Shown here one piece after another: positions 12,715-25,931 of a stretch of 64,000 nt of DNA. Every line of letters starts with the position of its first letter. Within the stretch, counting starts at the first letter, position 1. Source of the DNA: Cirrosporium novae-zelandiae. Lineage: Eukaryota. A program made the translations under genes and the position numbers. The notes beneath the pieces were generated by a model. That model was not told the DNA's origin. It made no database searches and saw nothing but the letters and a program-made list of their open reading frames with translations. The stretch covers positions 186,001 to 250,000 of the forward strand of contig JAPETS010000007.1 in the NCBI GenBank assembly GCA_026023565.1, in the 5' to 3' direction.

Positions 12715-14054
12715 TCAGTCCAATGCATAATCGGCTGCATGCACAGTCAAAGGACCTTCGGTATTATGTTCGTCAGTTATCTTGAGAACTTTATGTGATG
12801 GCTCGCCATTACTAGTATGATCCTCAGCAGCAGCAATGGTATCATGCAACCCCTCCTCTGATTGGTATTTTTCGTATATCTCTTTCAGGACATCATATAT
12901 AAATTGATATTGTGGTTCAGATTGGACCATCATCATACGCTGCTCACGAAGTGCGTCCACCGTGTCAAAGATAGGATCAGCTTCTCCTTCGGTCTTTGCG
13001 ATTGAACCAGCTCGTAGTTCATCAAGTAAGTAATCCAAAGCAATGAAAGTCCCAGATCTACCAACCCCAGCACTACAGTGGATAATTCGCGGGTTTTCAG
13101 GGTTGGTGTTACGCTTTGCAGATAGCCGGATGAGTTCGAGCAGAGCGATGCGATCTTCATTTTCGGGGACTCCAAAATCGGGCCATCCACAAAATAAAAA
13201 GTGCCATATCTCTCTGGTCTCATCACCTACAGTTAAGGAAATTTTTCTGATAGTCGAACGTGCTGCTTCATTGTATTCGGACTCAAGAAGCTTTATCGTG
13301 AAGATTATACCATCTCCAAACTCATCATGACCATTAACTTCGAGAGTATCTTGTTCTTCATCCATAGGAAAATACTGGAAACACTTCTCTCTTCCAGATT
13401 CTTCGGTTTGCGTTAACATCACAATAACAGCCACACCCGCAGTTTCGTGCCAAACCATGCGCCATAGATGGCTAAAATGGCTTTCTTTTGGTCCCTTTAA
13501 TACTCAATTAGCCACTGTTTCCTAAAATAATATGAACCGATCCTACTAACTTGCGTAGCAATAAATCTTGACTCTGTTTTCCCACTCTGGCTGCTCAATA
13601 ATATCGGTGAAGCGTTTATATAGTCACAGTGGCCATCGGGAACCTGGAGATGTATTCTGCAGTTCGCCCAAGCTTGCACATCTCTATATCGATTTCTTTC
13701 TTTTACTTCATCGCTATTTTCTTGCGCCCATTGGGACAACGGATCGTCCGAAATCAATCCTTCGAGTAGTCGTGCTCGTTGCCGCCATTCCAAGTCTTCG
13801 TATTTCGCATGAATCTCTGGGAAGGGCAAGTTTAAGCAGTTAGCTAATGGAGACTACATTATTTTGGGACCCGAGGAGGTAAGATACATACGGTTTTGCG
13901 ATAGTTGTAGGAAGGTCGGCATAAAACCCGACGGTTGATCGCCATGAGGATCATCGGAGTCTTCCACTGATGGGTTTGCTGATGAATCTGGGCTGTCGCG
14001 AGCTTCAGAATATGAACGTTTTACGGGGGGATTCGTTGGGGCTTTAGGTGGCAT
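12715..14054 (-). CDS. Classical protein-tyrosine phosphatase (Ptp1/Pyp-like)
   Basis: Exons 14054-13892, 13816-13551, 13494-12715; motifs RNRYRDV, DYINAS, FIATQ|GP, WPDFG, HCSAGVGRSG, QRMMMVQSEPQY. Start codon uncertain. Confidence 0.9.
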
Positions 14055-14949
14055 GACTTCGGCCACCTGGCCCTTGGAACGTTTTGTGCCTCGTTTCTTT
14101 CCCAAGCGGGGGAGAAGCTTGCCAATGCTTCGGGCGGCACTTGCACTTCTTGGAGCCAGCTTGATAGATGAACGGACAATCTGACGTGGCGCACGAGTTG
14201 AAGGACCTCTAAATAACGGTCGTGTAGGGAGATCACACTGCGACTGGTTATCAACTCGTCCTTTGCTTGGTTGGTTCGTCAAGTGAGGATGTGCAAGCGC
14301 CGTGTATTGTCAGAACCTGGGAAGGAAATAGTGAGGATGGCGAGAAATAGTAGAAGATAGCGATAACATAAGCAACGGAATAGAAAGTTGTCAAAATGTC
14401 TAGAGCCTTGTAAGAATCCAGTACGTGCACTGTGTTTGTTGGTCTTGCATATAAACCTGTTATGTGAATTATTTGGGTGCTGTGAAGCAAGAAGCACGGA
14501 TGTCTTGGTTTAAATATAATATATATTACTGAAGAGAAGATATGGAAAAAATGTTAGTCCTCATGATGGGTTTGCGATCATACCGCGCGACTGGATATAT
14601 CAAAGTCCCCCTCCCTAGCTGGACATGGATAGGTGGTCGGTAAATCGGCAAGCCGGCAAGTCAGGAGGTCAAATTTAATAAGGTGCGGCTCCACTTAATA
14701 ATCCTAAAATTAAAAGTCCATGTGCAAATACCCTTCTAGAAGTATGGGGGGTTGTGGTTGCTTTTTGACTCAACTATCCAACGTGTACCTAGTGACGAAA
14801 TAGTTGCACATGCAGTGAAAGCTGGAATCAACAAATTATCATTTGTTCACAAGTCTCCGTCTTCACCATTTCGTTTATCGTACTTCTGCTGGCCCCATAT
14901 ACAGTACCTACCCATAAAATAAATTACCGCTTTACTCTTTCTCTTCACC

Positions 14950-15299
14950 ATGTGGCGTCGTCTAGGGCTTCCCTTTTTCGAGGTAAGATGTCTCCTATTC
15001 TATCTCTATATAGACGACACAGCTAACTATGAACATTAAGCCTAGCTAACCATGAAACTTCTAGGTTCTCCATTCTTCATCAGGCTGGTGCAAAATATCC
15101 ATAAATCGGTGGGTCGCCTGCGTAATGGGGTCGAGCCAGGAGGGCCAAGCATGGAAGGTATGTTGCTACTCTAAATCCAAGAGAAACACACTAAAAAGAA
15201 ATCATATCAGGCAGCGGCCGGCTAAATACAAAGATATTTTGGCAATATTTTGTTGAGGAGCTCAAGAACCAAGCTGGCTGGCGTAATCTCAAGAAATGA
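14950..15299 (+). CDS. Small (77 aa) MRX7/MIOREX-component-like mitochondrial protein
   Basis: Three exons 14950-14982, 15046-15157, 15211-15299 with canonical splice signals give MWRRLGLPFFELTMKLLGSPFFIRLVQNIHKSV...FWQYFVEELKNQAGWRNLKK*; LLxSPxF..V..IH and F..YF.EEL.NQ resemble Pezizomycotina MRX7-like proteins. Not in the ORF track. Confidence 0.7.
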
Positions 15300-16072
15300 A
15301 GTACATGTTACACAAACGAAATTCACGCCAGGTGTGAGGAAAGCAATTTATACGCCATTGTTACTGTTGGTTTTAAGTCATATGTGGACTAACAGTCGTA
15401 TGGGTACTTTGCTTGCTTGATTCTATCAACCTATTTATTTCACGACTCTTGATTAGATGCACCCCGGATTCAAATTGGGTTTCTTGACAATTTCTCCCGT
15501 CATTTGACTCTCATTAAATCCGCAGAACGAGAATGCCTTCTATTTATGGGGCTATCGCCATCTACAAGATTGCTCGGTATTTTTTTGCGGCGTACAATCT
15601 CATAGCCCTTTATCCTTACTATAAGGGGATGTTTATTGCATCCAGATTAGTTGTCGATTCGGGAGATATTGAGATGGAATAACTAGAACCTACATCCTGC
15701 ATTGATCTACTACATGGCTACTGGTTGGTATGATTTGTCTAAGCTATAGTCAACAGTATTAATAAGACGGATCAATACCAAAACGATGCTCCCTTCTAAT
15801 AGGTATTGTCCTTCAAAACTCAGGGGTTCTACGTGTAAAGATAGTCACTCGTATCATAATCCTGATATAAAGTATGCGTAGAAATATAACAGAACGTTTG
15901 TGCTCTATATCGGACTCGCGTCATGGAATACGTATTTGCTCCGTAATATCATTGCTCAATATATGGTCTGCTGTGTCTGCGAAGATTTTATAGTTGATGT
16001 ATTTGCCTATCGCTATACCCCTAGCTTCTCTCCTGCCCGAGTAATTATCAACCATGGATATATTAAAAAAAT

Positions 16073-17437
16073 ACGCATTCAGCAATTGTTACCGGTACCG
16101 TCGGTATTTTTGGTAGAGAAATTTACATGCACTTGGGAGTGATTCAGGATGGGAATCGGTCTATGCTCTTTTAAGGAGCAAGAAAGAAGATTAGCCATCA
16201 AAGGCTAAGTACAGCACACTTGACTTGACCGGAAGTGTAAAGAAAATGGCAAGGCAACTGAAAGGTATTGAAGTGGAATACATATATTTTTGTTGCCTAT
16301 CTACAGCATGATTCGAAGCAAGGCGGCTTGGATGTCAATGGTAGGTCAGTATCAGTTTCTAGAATGTTATTTAGCACAGGCTGAAATGTAAGTAAACACG
16401 AAGGTGACATGCTCGGAAATTCCATTCCGCGCCCGTGATTATGGGTGTAGCTAAAAAATCGAGACAGGTTCTTCTGACAACTGGAGCTAAACAATATGGT
16501 GGCCATCTTGGACCTCTAAAAAATCCAGTTCAGGAAGATGATCCGAAGATAAAAGGAAAAGGTCGCCGCTAATCTTCTATTACGATCAAGAAAACATACT
16601 GCAAGAGGCATCAAATGGCAACAAATGATATTGGGTTATAACCTTCTCATCTGATGTGATTGGTTTGACTCGAGGTATAACGGAGATATAGCATACTACT
16701 TTGATCCATACTAAGGCGCGTTGTTAGAAAACTTCATGGACCTCGCAACCTCACTTAGTCTATACGCTATCGTCTCAAGCTACCTAGATAGAGCCCTTCC
16801 TTTCCTAGGGAGTGAATCCATGTACACCTTGAACACTTTCACATACTCAAGGCTCTATGCAGCTTTCAGTCTTTGGACAACACTTGAACCGAAACGTGGC
16901 AATCAAGCATTCAGTATTGTTAATGGAGATGCAGAATCATATCAGAATTTATAGCTAAAACTAGCTCAGCGATTTAGAATCAAGGTTCCTCCTGCTCAGT
17001 TTTCTCATCCGGTTCCCGAGTCTAGCGTTATGGAACGAGCAAAACATCCACCTCTGGAAGACTTTGCAACAGAAATAAGTCTAAAAGGGAAGATCGTGCT
17101 AAGCCATGTTGAAAACAGAATAAATTTTATTAGGTGGAGGAGGAAAGTTGAGATGAAGGAAGCTTAGGAGACACTGGCTAGTGATAACAGTTCGGAGAAA
17201 GAGGTCTTTAACAAGACGATTTGGAACTTTTTGAGCATCGTGATTAGACGGAATTATAGTACTGTCTTAGACATAAGCAAAGCTTGGAAACTGGGATGGA
17301 TAGGGTGTGCATTCTCTAATTTAATAACTCTTCAGACTCGTACAACTAATCATGATAGGTATATTGACATTTGATAGGCCTTCATGGAGTGTTTTAATGA
17401 ACTTGGGTAGGAGATGATTATACCAAGATTGAAGTGA
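16073..17437 (+). pseudogene. Unprocessed pseudogene of a PRISE/progesterone-5-beta-reductase-like extended SDR
   Basis: Fragments in order: SAIVTGTVGIFGREI, QVLLTTGAKQYGGHLGPLKNPVQEDDP, FYYDQENIL, SDVIG, NFMDLATSLSLYA, GNQAFSIVNGDAESYQNL*, DISKAWKLGW; several frameshifts and in-frame stops (TAG 16952, TAG 17165); intron remnants retained; no ATG at the expected start. Confidence 0.85.
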
Positions 17438-17739
17438 TTCGTTCTATTATCTAAAAACCCTAGAATTGACTCAATCCATTTAGATGATATGAAAGCAACA
17501 GCGAATGTTTTTCTTTTTCTTTTTCTTTTTGGAAAACACGGTGTGGGAAAACCCGGCCTCGCGATGATGTAATTTCAATTTATAATATACGTTATCGGAT
17601 AAGTACCAATGGTGCTACTACGGAATATCTCTTCATTCCTTAATCGTCTTTAAACACACAATGATACACAAATACAGGACATATTCTTAATTTTTATTTT
17701 GATGTTTTTACTAGATATCAGGATAGACTGACAACAACA

Positions 17740-19087
17740 ATGGCTGATATACAAGAGGAACTGGAAAGCGCGGGAGCAGTAAGAGCCTTGAAGGATTTGA
17801 CTGCGGGTGCTGCTGGTGGTATCGCTCAGGTATTGCTAGGTAAGTTAGCTTTGTTCTCACCCATATCCTACGTAATATTACACCCCACTATTGAAAATAA
17901 CTTTCATTCGATATATGTTTTACCTACAGTTCAATAGCTTACCTTCAGTCATGCTAACTGTAGAATAGGACAACCTTTTGGTAAGAATTATGCCAGTGTC
18001 CGAAGAATTCTGTAAACTTAGATATGGCTCTTTCTAGATATTGTGAAAGTACGGTTGCAAACTACAGCCAGGTACTCCAATGCTCTAGATTGTGCCGCAA
18101 AGATCTTCAAGGATGAAGGACCACTAGCATTTTACAAAGGTACGCTGACACCGTTGGTTGGCATCGGAGCATGTGTGAGTACAGCTAGCTTATCCTCCCA
18201 TCTCAATCCATTGACGCTCAATGTTCTGCCGTTTAAATCTTGTCGTTTAGTTTTTGTGTCCAATGTCTTAGAAACATCTGATGTAGCTATCGATTTCATA
18301 TGTCACCCTTGCTTGTCCCCTTAAAGATCTAGTCCCATTTCTTGTAACGCGAAATCTTATGTCCGACTAGGTCAGTGTCCAATTCGGGGCCTTCCATTAT
18401 GCCAGACGATGGTTTGAAGGCGCGAATATTGAGAAGTCGCCACTCAATCCTGGACTCTCTTATAGCCAATACTTTGCGGCCGGTGCTTTTGCAGGTATCA
18501 CAAATTCTGTACTTTCTGGCCCTATCGAACATGTCCGTATTCGTTTGCAGACGCAACCACACGGAGCTCAAAGACTATACCGTGGCCCCGTTGATTGTGT
18601 CCGCAAATTATCGTCTCATGAAGGAGTTCTCAAAGGTCTCTTCCGGGGAGAGGTGGTTACCATTCTTCGGGAAGCACAAGCCTACGGTTTCTGGTTCCTC
18701 ACATTCGAGTATCTTATGAACGCAGATGCAAGGCGTAATAAAGTCGACCGAAAAGATATTTCGACTACAAAAGTTGGATTCTATGGTGGCCTTGCGGGGG
18801 AAGCCTTGTGGCTAGCAAGCTATCCATTTGATGTTACCAAGAGTAAAATGCAGAGTGATGGATTTGGAAATGACATGAAGTTTAAATCAATGACTGACTG
18901 CGTCCGACAAACCTACACTAAAGAGGGGTGGAGAGGCTTCTGGAAGGGCATTGGCCCAACACTCCTTAGAGCAATGCCAGTTTCCGCAGGAACATTTGCT
19001 GTGTAAGTCTTTTGAGCCATATTTGATCGAAGTTAAACATCTAATCTTTAATTCAGTGCTGAGTTGACACTGCGGGCAATTGGATGA
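17740..19087 (+). CDS. Mitochondrial carrier protein (SLC25), YMC1/YMC2-like
   Basis: Exons 17740-17839, 17969-17980 (12-nt microexon), 18038-18174, 18371-19002, 19057-19087 = 303 aa; three PxD/ExxK/R signatures (PFDIVKVRLQ, PIEHVRIRLQ, PFDVTKSKMQ). Confidence 0.9.
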
Positions 19088-19775
19088 GTAGCAGCAGCTA
19101 AGTTTAATCAATAAACTTGATGGATGATGCAAAAAAGCGTGCTATTTTCACACCCGAGGAAGATCGCAATAACTACATTGATCTCAACATCATGGCACCT
19201 AAGGACCAAAACTCGACCTAGGATTTTCGTATAAAGACTTTGTAGAAAATCCCGACAAACACCATAATTATTTTAGCATGAATGACCTTGAAAAATGTTG
19301 GATTGGTTGAGTAGAGATATTGAATTTTGGCTTAATTAAATAGCCGAACATGTACCTGCAGGCTGTTTCTAGGGCTGACAATATAATTATTTTGAATGAA
19401 TCATTATTGGATGTGGAATGTAGATGTGTGGCTTAGGTGGTTAGGCAAACTGTTACCCTGGCGCGGCTGAGGGCTGTGCTTTGTGAATGTGACGAAATTG
19501 TAAGCGGACGGACTGCCGAGGACCGGAGGGCAAAGTCCGTTCCAAAAGTCCGTAAGCACCTGCTACCCGCTCTCATGGGTATTGCGTATGAACTCAGCCT
19601 TTCTAAGGACTAAGAAGGTCGTGTATTGAATATAGGTACCTACATAGACACCTATATTTAACCCTCCGTGCCCTCAACTCGTTCTTTTCAGAGTTTCAAC
19701 ATTATCATCACCATCAGCTTATCCTCCTAGACTTGATAGTTTCCGAGCTCCATATCCTGCTCTTCGTTATCCATC

Positions 19776-20657
19776 ATGTCTGGGCCTTGCGACAACAATC
19801 AATACAATAACAGCCAGTACGGCTATCCACCTCAGGGTCAGGGATACCCACAACAGAATTACCAGCAAGGCGGTGGATATGGCTATCCAAATCAAGGACA
19901 GTATAATCAAGCTCCTCAAGAACAATATGGCGATCAATATGGTCAAGGACAATATAACCAACCTTCTCCTCAAGGACAATATGGCCAAAACCAGTACGGA
20001 CAGGGTCAGCAACAATATGGCGGCTATGGTCAGCAGGATCAATACGGACAGCGTGATGCTTATGGACAGCAACCACAGGGTGGATACCAGCAACAATATC
20101 CTCATGACCAACAACAACAACAACAACAACAACAGTACCAAGGTCAATACCCTCCGGAGTAAGCTTGAATCTATCTTATAATTCCATACTGAAACTAGCT
20201 ATTGTCGTCCTCCCAATAGGGAGGATAACTTCTGAAGGCAATTCTGTTTGTGCTGATGTCTTACTCCTTGGTTGTGGCCTTTTTCCATGAAATTTATTTA
20301 TCTCTATTAGATATGCTCAAGAATATTGTGCTGACTATATCTACAGCCAACAGAATTACCCTAGTGCCCAAGGTCCGGGAGGAGCACAAGAAGGCGAGCG
20401 TGGTCTCGGTGGTGCTATCACTGGCGGCATGTCCCCAGATCCTTCGGTTTTCCCCTCATCTATAGACTAATATGTAACAAATAGGTCTTGCAGGTGGTTT
20501 CGCGGGTCATCAAGCTGGTCACGGCGTCCTTGGTGCCTTAGGAGGTGCCATCTTAGGAAGTTATGCTCAAGACAAGTTGAAGCAAAATCATCACAAACCA
20601 CCATCGCACGGTCAAAATCCAATGAACTCTCTCGGGTCATTCTTTGGAAAGCACTAA
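19776..20657 (+). CDS. Q/G/Y/N-rich low-complexity protein with C-terminal glycine-zipper segment (211 aa)
   Basis: Exons 19776-20158, 20347-20426, 20485-20657; second intron is GC-AG (GCATGT..GACTAAT..TAG). C-terminus EGERGLGGAITGGLAGGFAGHQAGHGVLGALGGAILGSYAQD is a GxxxG zipper. Confidence 0.8.
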
Positions 20658-21213
20658 GGGTATGACAAAATTTGACTATTTTCGGGAGATTGCGATCATT
20701 CAAGTTAAATTTTTGGGGGGCTAATTGTCATCGGTTTGTTTCATTGCTAGGAGTTATACTGGCTGAGCGTGTAACGAAATCGAGTTTTATTTAACGCAGC
20801 CCAAAACTCCAGATAAGTCAGAAAGCTAGAGAAATAGCGATGATTGGAATGTATTTATTAGTTTATGGAGTGACTTTCATGATTCAAAATGCAATGTCAA
20901 AGCGAAGCGAGGACTATATTTCCAAAACTGATTCATTAACTAAACCTCTATGGTAATTGCTATCATCATGAAGCTTGCGTCAGTTCGATATGTTATAGAT
21001 GAATTTTCCACCATGTCACTCATATCAATATCGTAGTTCGGCGAATAGAGGGCGAGAAGTTTATTCTGTGGCTAATGAGGTAGGGGTCCTTTGAGAGTGG
21101 CGTACTGTACATTTTGGATGGCACGATGGAAATACATTTATGCTTTTTTTTGACTCTCTCAAATAATCTTCAGGCTTCGACGAGTAGCTCTACTCCTAAC
21201 TAGCAACTCGATA

Positions 21214-22425
21214 ATGATAATACGATATTCGCTAGTACGGCAAGGTATATAGGCTCTCCTCTTACTATGTTTTTTTATCATTGGCAGTGTTGACCATAAT
21301 CCGTGTTTGCTACTGTAGGCCAGCGGCTCCTCGGAGCCCCCCAGAATTTGAGGTCATGGTCGCGATCCATCACGACAACTCTACAGGATGTTGAGACTTT
21401 GTTTCAGAATAGTATACGGGATACTGCAGCTATAGAATCAAGTTTACAAGATTCAATTGCTTCAAACGCTACAAAATCGAGTATCTCGGCGGTTGATATA
21501 CCAGCAGAATATCGCGAGTTTAAGCGCCAACGTACTTCTTCCTACCATTCGCTTTCCCATCAAATTCTCAAATCGATATAAACTAACTTACATGATAGAA
21601 TCCATTACAAACCAAATTGGCCCTCGTTCCCTCCCGCACTACCATCCCCATGATCTCGTCGCCCACTCTCCCTCCCCAGAAGATATTACCCTCCCCCTCC
21701 TCCTCGCATCTCAAACTCACTTAGGCCATGCCACCTCCCTCTGGAATCCCGCAAACTCCCCCTACATATTTGGTATCCGCAACGGCATCCACATTATTAG
21801 TCTCGAAGTGACGGCCGCGTATCTCCGGCGGGCATGCAAAGTCGTCTCAGGGATCATGGAGCGAGGAGGCCTGGTTCTATTCGTCGGGACAAGGAAGGGA
21901 CAAAAAAGTGCAGTGACGCAAGCAGCATTGAGAAGTGGTGGATGTCATCTGTTCGACAGATGGATCCCTGGCTCCATCACCAACGCCGAACAGCTCCTCT
22001 CCCACTGCGCCAAGAAAGTCCTCAATGAATTCGACAAGCCAGTCCATGGATTCTCCCAACAGCTAGAAGAAACCGCGGTGCTGAAACCAGACCTCGTTGT
22101 CGTTCTCAACCCTCTCGAAAACACAACCCTCCTTCGTGAATGCGGCCAGGCCAACATCCCTACCATCGGTATCATCGACACGGATGCCAACCCCGCATGG
22201 GTCACATATCCGATTCCGGCTAACGACGACAGTCTGAGATCCGTTGAGATGATCGCGGGTGTGCTAGGGAAGGCTGGGAGACAGGGGAAGGAAACTAGGC
22301 TTCAGAGTGCGAAAAACGGGAAGATTACGTATACGCCGGTGAACTTGGAGAAGCTTGGGCAGGGCGGTGAGGATAATAAGTCGAATAAAGGGGCTGTCGA
22401 TATGAGGAGAGAAAATGCTCTATGA
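21214..22425 (+). CDS. MRP4: Mitochondrial small-subunit ribosomal protein uS2m
   Basis: Exons 21214-21244, 21319-21531, 21599-22425; S2 motifs HLGH..SLWNP, YIFGIRNGIHIISL, RWIPGSITN, KPDLVVVLNP, IIDTDANP, YPIPANDDS. Confidence 0.92.
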
Positions 22426-24459
22426 TAGCCTTGCTACTCCTCTCAGGTAGCTCGCTCTCTGCTAAGGATTATCCCCTATATAGGGCTGGTTCTGTTGCTA
22501 TAGGCGAGAAAGCAGAGGAAGAAAACAGAGCCTCGCGAGAATCAAGTGTACAAAATCACCTACAAAAACTTTTAACATACAACAATCTCTCACGAAGGTA
22601 TTAAAAACGTATTGGTATCGTATCTACGAGCTTCCTTCAAGAGAAGGGATTTCGTATCTATTGTCTCCCTCCTATATATCCAAGCCGGTATATAAGTGGT
22701 ATCCTAGAGGTTTAATGTATGTAGTATAGCCACAGTCAGACAAGCAGGCAGGCAGACAGGCAGGCAATGCTATTGTAGATCTTCCTTCTAAAACACCACA
22801 CTACCACCTCCTTGGAATAATATAAAGTCAACAGTGATGCCGAAATCATAAATTTTTGACAATGTTAAATATATTAATGGTCCATTATATATCATAAACG
22901 TGTATATGCATAATATACATTAATTTATACAATAATTGAGTAACATTCCAGTAACCCAGCAAGTAGATATGTAGTCAACAATTAAGTGTTTTTTCTTTCT
23001 TAAAGAGTTGATTAGTGTCATGAACCTCTAAACTGCCCCCCCCCCCCCGATCTACTGTACATGTATGTGCTGTAAATGACGCGCAGGACACGACCCCCCG
23101 AAAGCCATGCCTCGCTATTTACAAGGTTGAACCCGACATCTGGGTAACGTACAACAATGTATTGAAAGCGCAAAGATATATATCCTAGCTAGAGCTGAAA
23201 CAATGTTGGGCATCATATTATAGCAATATGCCATCATCAAAAGGATATACGGTCTAGAATCAACGTGCGTGCGTGCGTGTGGGGTATCAGAGGTGAACAA
23301 CAGACCAACTGACAAGAAAAATGTAGTTGAAGAACCCGACAGAAAGCCTATACATATATATTATCCACTCATATATATAACTTGATTGGTGGAGAATACA
23401 TCGTTTCGACTTCCCTCTAATGTCCTATTGTGACACAATGATGTAGATTGCTGGACCTTGTCATTCCCAGCATAGTATCCCTCGTCAGGTTGCTGGCTTT
23501 GCAGGTATTATGGTTAATGATGTCGAAGGAGAAGGAGAAGGAGAGGGGTGGCGATAATAGATTTGCTAGATTGGTCTATGGAAAGATGAGATAGGAGAAT
23601 AATGATAGGAAGATGGCTAGATGGTTAACCATCTACGTAACAACAGGATGCTTCACGAAATGCGGTGGTTCCTTGGTGATGACGTTGCAAGTAGATGCCA
23701 CGTCTCGGACCTCATAGGCAACCTTCAAATCAATGTTGAAAGATTTAGGACCCGATGAATTGAACCTCACCTTCAATGGGGCAATCTTACTCCATTCTCC
23801 ATTGACAATAATAACATGGCCCGTGACTTTGATGCGAGGGTCAAACAACTAGATATTCAAGAGTAACTTCCCAAGCCAGAGGACGTTCTAGACCTCAAGG
23901 GTAGCAAGGTTGAGGATTTGATTTAGGCCATGGGACATGACGAAGGAGCGGGGCACTGAAATGACGAACTGTTGCAACCCCCCCCAGTCCATACTTTTCT
24001 GGTCTGATGACCCAACTGGTGGTTACACTCATGCTCACTTAGTTAGCTGCATGCAGATGCATGATATGTCGACAATCTGAAATCGACGATTTGGTAATAG
24101 TTTCTATCGGTGCAGGTGCTTTAACATCTTGGTAAATTATGGAGTATTGTGGTGGAGTAGAAAGTAATAGACACATGTAAAATATTTTGCTCTTTCCTTT
24201 GCTCCTTCAATTTGAAATTACATACTCATCGTACCCACGAGTCCCGAGACAATGACGAACGATATTGATAAATCCTCCCCCACAAAGATCGTCATATGCC
24301 AGTTTGACTTGGCTGGATTGGTTGCATTGAACAACTCGCTTTCTGCAAACGGTGAATAGAATTTAGTGAAAGTATGACGATGTAATGATTGAAGGGAGGC
24401 ACGGGAGGACATTGTTGAGAACTTGGCCTGTGGCTGTCGTGGCTTGTTTGGTAGTGGCT

Positions 24460-24469
24460 GTGACGTCAC
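24460..24469. promoter_or_regulatory. Perfect CRE/ATF site upstream of the HSP12-family gene
   Basis: GTGACGTCAC about 200 bp upstream of the ATG; Atf1-type bZIP sites are expected at stress genes. Confidence 0.6.
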
Positions 24470-24667
24470 TGCCTACAGTTCGAGATGGTATTGACCGAAT
24501 TGGGAAGTCACTGGGACTGCATATTAACCTCACTCCATCTGTTCTTCTTTCACTTCTTTCCTTCTTCCTCCATCATCCAACGACTTTAATCTTCTTCGCT
24601 CAAAATCCAACCAACATAAAATAATTCAATCCTCTTTCCAAATCTCAATTACTTCAAACCACCCACA

Positions 24668-25117
24668 ATGTCTGACGAAGGACGCAAGGATTTCTCCACC
24701 AGTAAGTCTTTTTTGCTCTCATTTCATCGTGGTATTGAGCTCAGCTAATCTCTATCACACAGAGGCCAAGGAGTCTATGACTCCAGACTCTAGCAAGTCG
24801 ACCCAGCAAAAGGTCAAGGAGACTGTCACTGACACCACCGACCGTGTTGCTCGGTATGTCCACCATAGCCTTTTCTATAGAGGAAGCTTTGATTCTAACA
24901 TAAGTTTGATAGTGGCATGCAACCTGACGACCAGAAGTCTGCTGGCCAAAGTGCCTTTGACAAGGGTGAACGTAGCAAGGACGAACATGTTCACGGTGGA
25001 ACTGGCGAGACCATGTATATTCCCACTTCGTCCAAATCACTCCTCGTATATTCGTTAACCTCTATAATCTATAGTGGCGACAAAGTCAAAGGTGCTCTTG
25101 GCATGGACAAGCACTAG
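24668..25117 (+). CDS. HSP12: Hsp9/Hsp12-family small hydrophilic stress protein (89 aa)
   Basis: Exons 24668-24701, 24763-24853, 24913-25014, 25075-25117 give MSDEGRKDFSTKAKESMTPDSSKSTQQKVKETVTDTTDRVARGMQPDDQKS... Confidence 0.88.
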
Positions 25118-25931
25118 ACACAGTAGTGGTCCAGCACTCGATAGGTTGTGCATAGCTCTCAGCGGTTATGGAATCCTAGAATGAATCAGTTTCTTAATGC
25201 TATGATGACGTATAATCAGGCAAAAATGGATTGTACGATAACAAAAGGAATTAGCATGCAATAGCAATAGCTCAAATCCAGACACCATAACTTGCCTCAA
25301 TTAGTAGTTTCTTGTAGCGACAGATTTTCAATGTCGCAGATCTTACTCAAGTTGCCGGCTTCCAGTGATCAACTCACGCTGACTGATCACGGCCAGCCGA
25401 CATTGATAGTCATCAAATGCTAATCTCCTAAAATTGGTAAACGTTTTATCAATCAGATACTCAAGAACATATACTAGAGTATGTTTTTGAATGTCTAGCC
25501 CCAAGAGATGAGGATACTTGCCTTTTCCTCCTCCTCACACTACCAGATACTCAAGAATTTGACCAATGAAAGCTCCTATAATTTTGTAGGTCGAAACTAA
25601 ACTGTGCAAACAAACCGACATTTCATAATTGGAAAGAAGAAAAGCTTCATCTCTACTCGCGGAGATATTGAAAAGAACACATCACGACCCTATTGAAAAA
25701 CAAAGGAAACCTAATTCTAGTCTGTGTCTTCTTCCACCGCATCATGGTTCACTAGCTAGACACCCTCTGGAGGAATATTCAACTTTGCTTCGGAAATAGA
25801 TCGGCCTTAAGAAACTCTTCAACGAATGTGCCTCATTATCACCAACGGAATGCTGCTGCCATGCAGAACTTTTAGGGTGTTTCTTGCCATGAAGAATGTA
25901 CGATACCACATAGACCGTGGGAAGGAACCCA

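Noticed and set aside
15040..15048. In-frame TAG at a Trp-like position suggesting A-to-I stop correction
   Set aside because: Exon phase shows the TAG is the splice acceptor; the gene is intact without editing.
16952..17167. TAG stops in the SDR relic as editing-rescued codons
   Set aside because: Multiple frameshifts and a missing start cannot be fixed by A-to-I editing.
19767..20147. Very hydrophobic antisense ORF (and similar shadow ORFs over GBP2, apsB, YCS4, DUG1)
   Set aside because: Reverse-complement artefacts of biased sense codons.
23618..23635. Perfect 18-bp palindrome TAGATGGTTAACCATCTA
   Set aside because: One such palindrome in 64 kb is compatible with chance; no supporting context.
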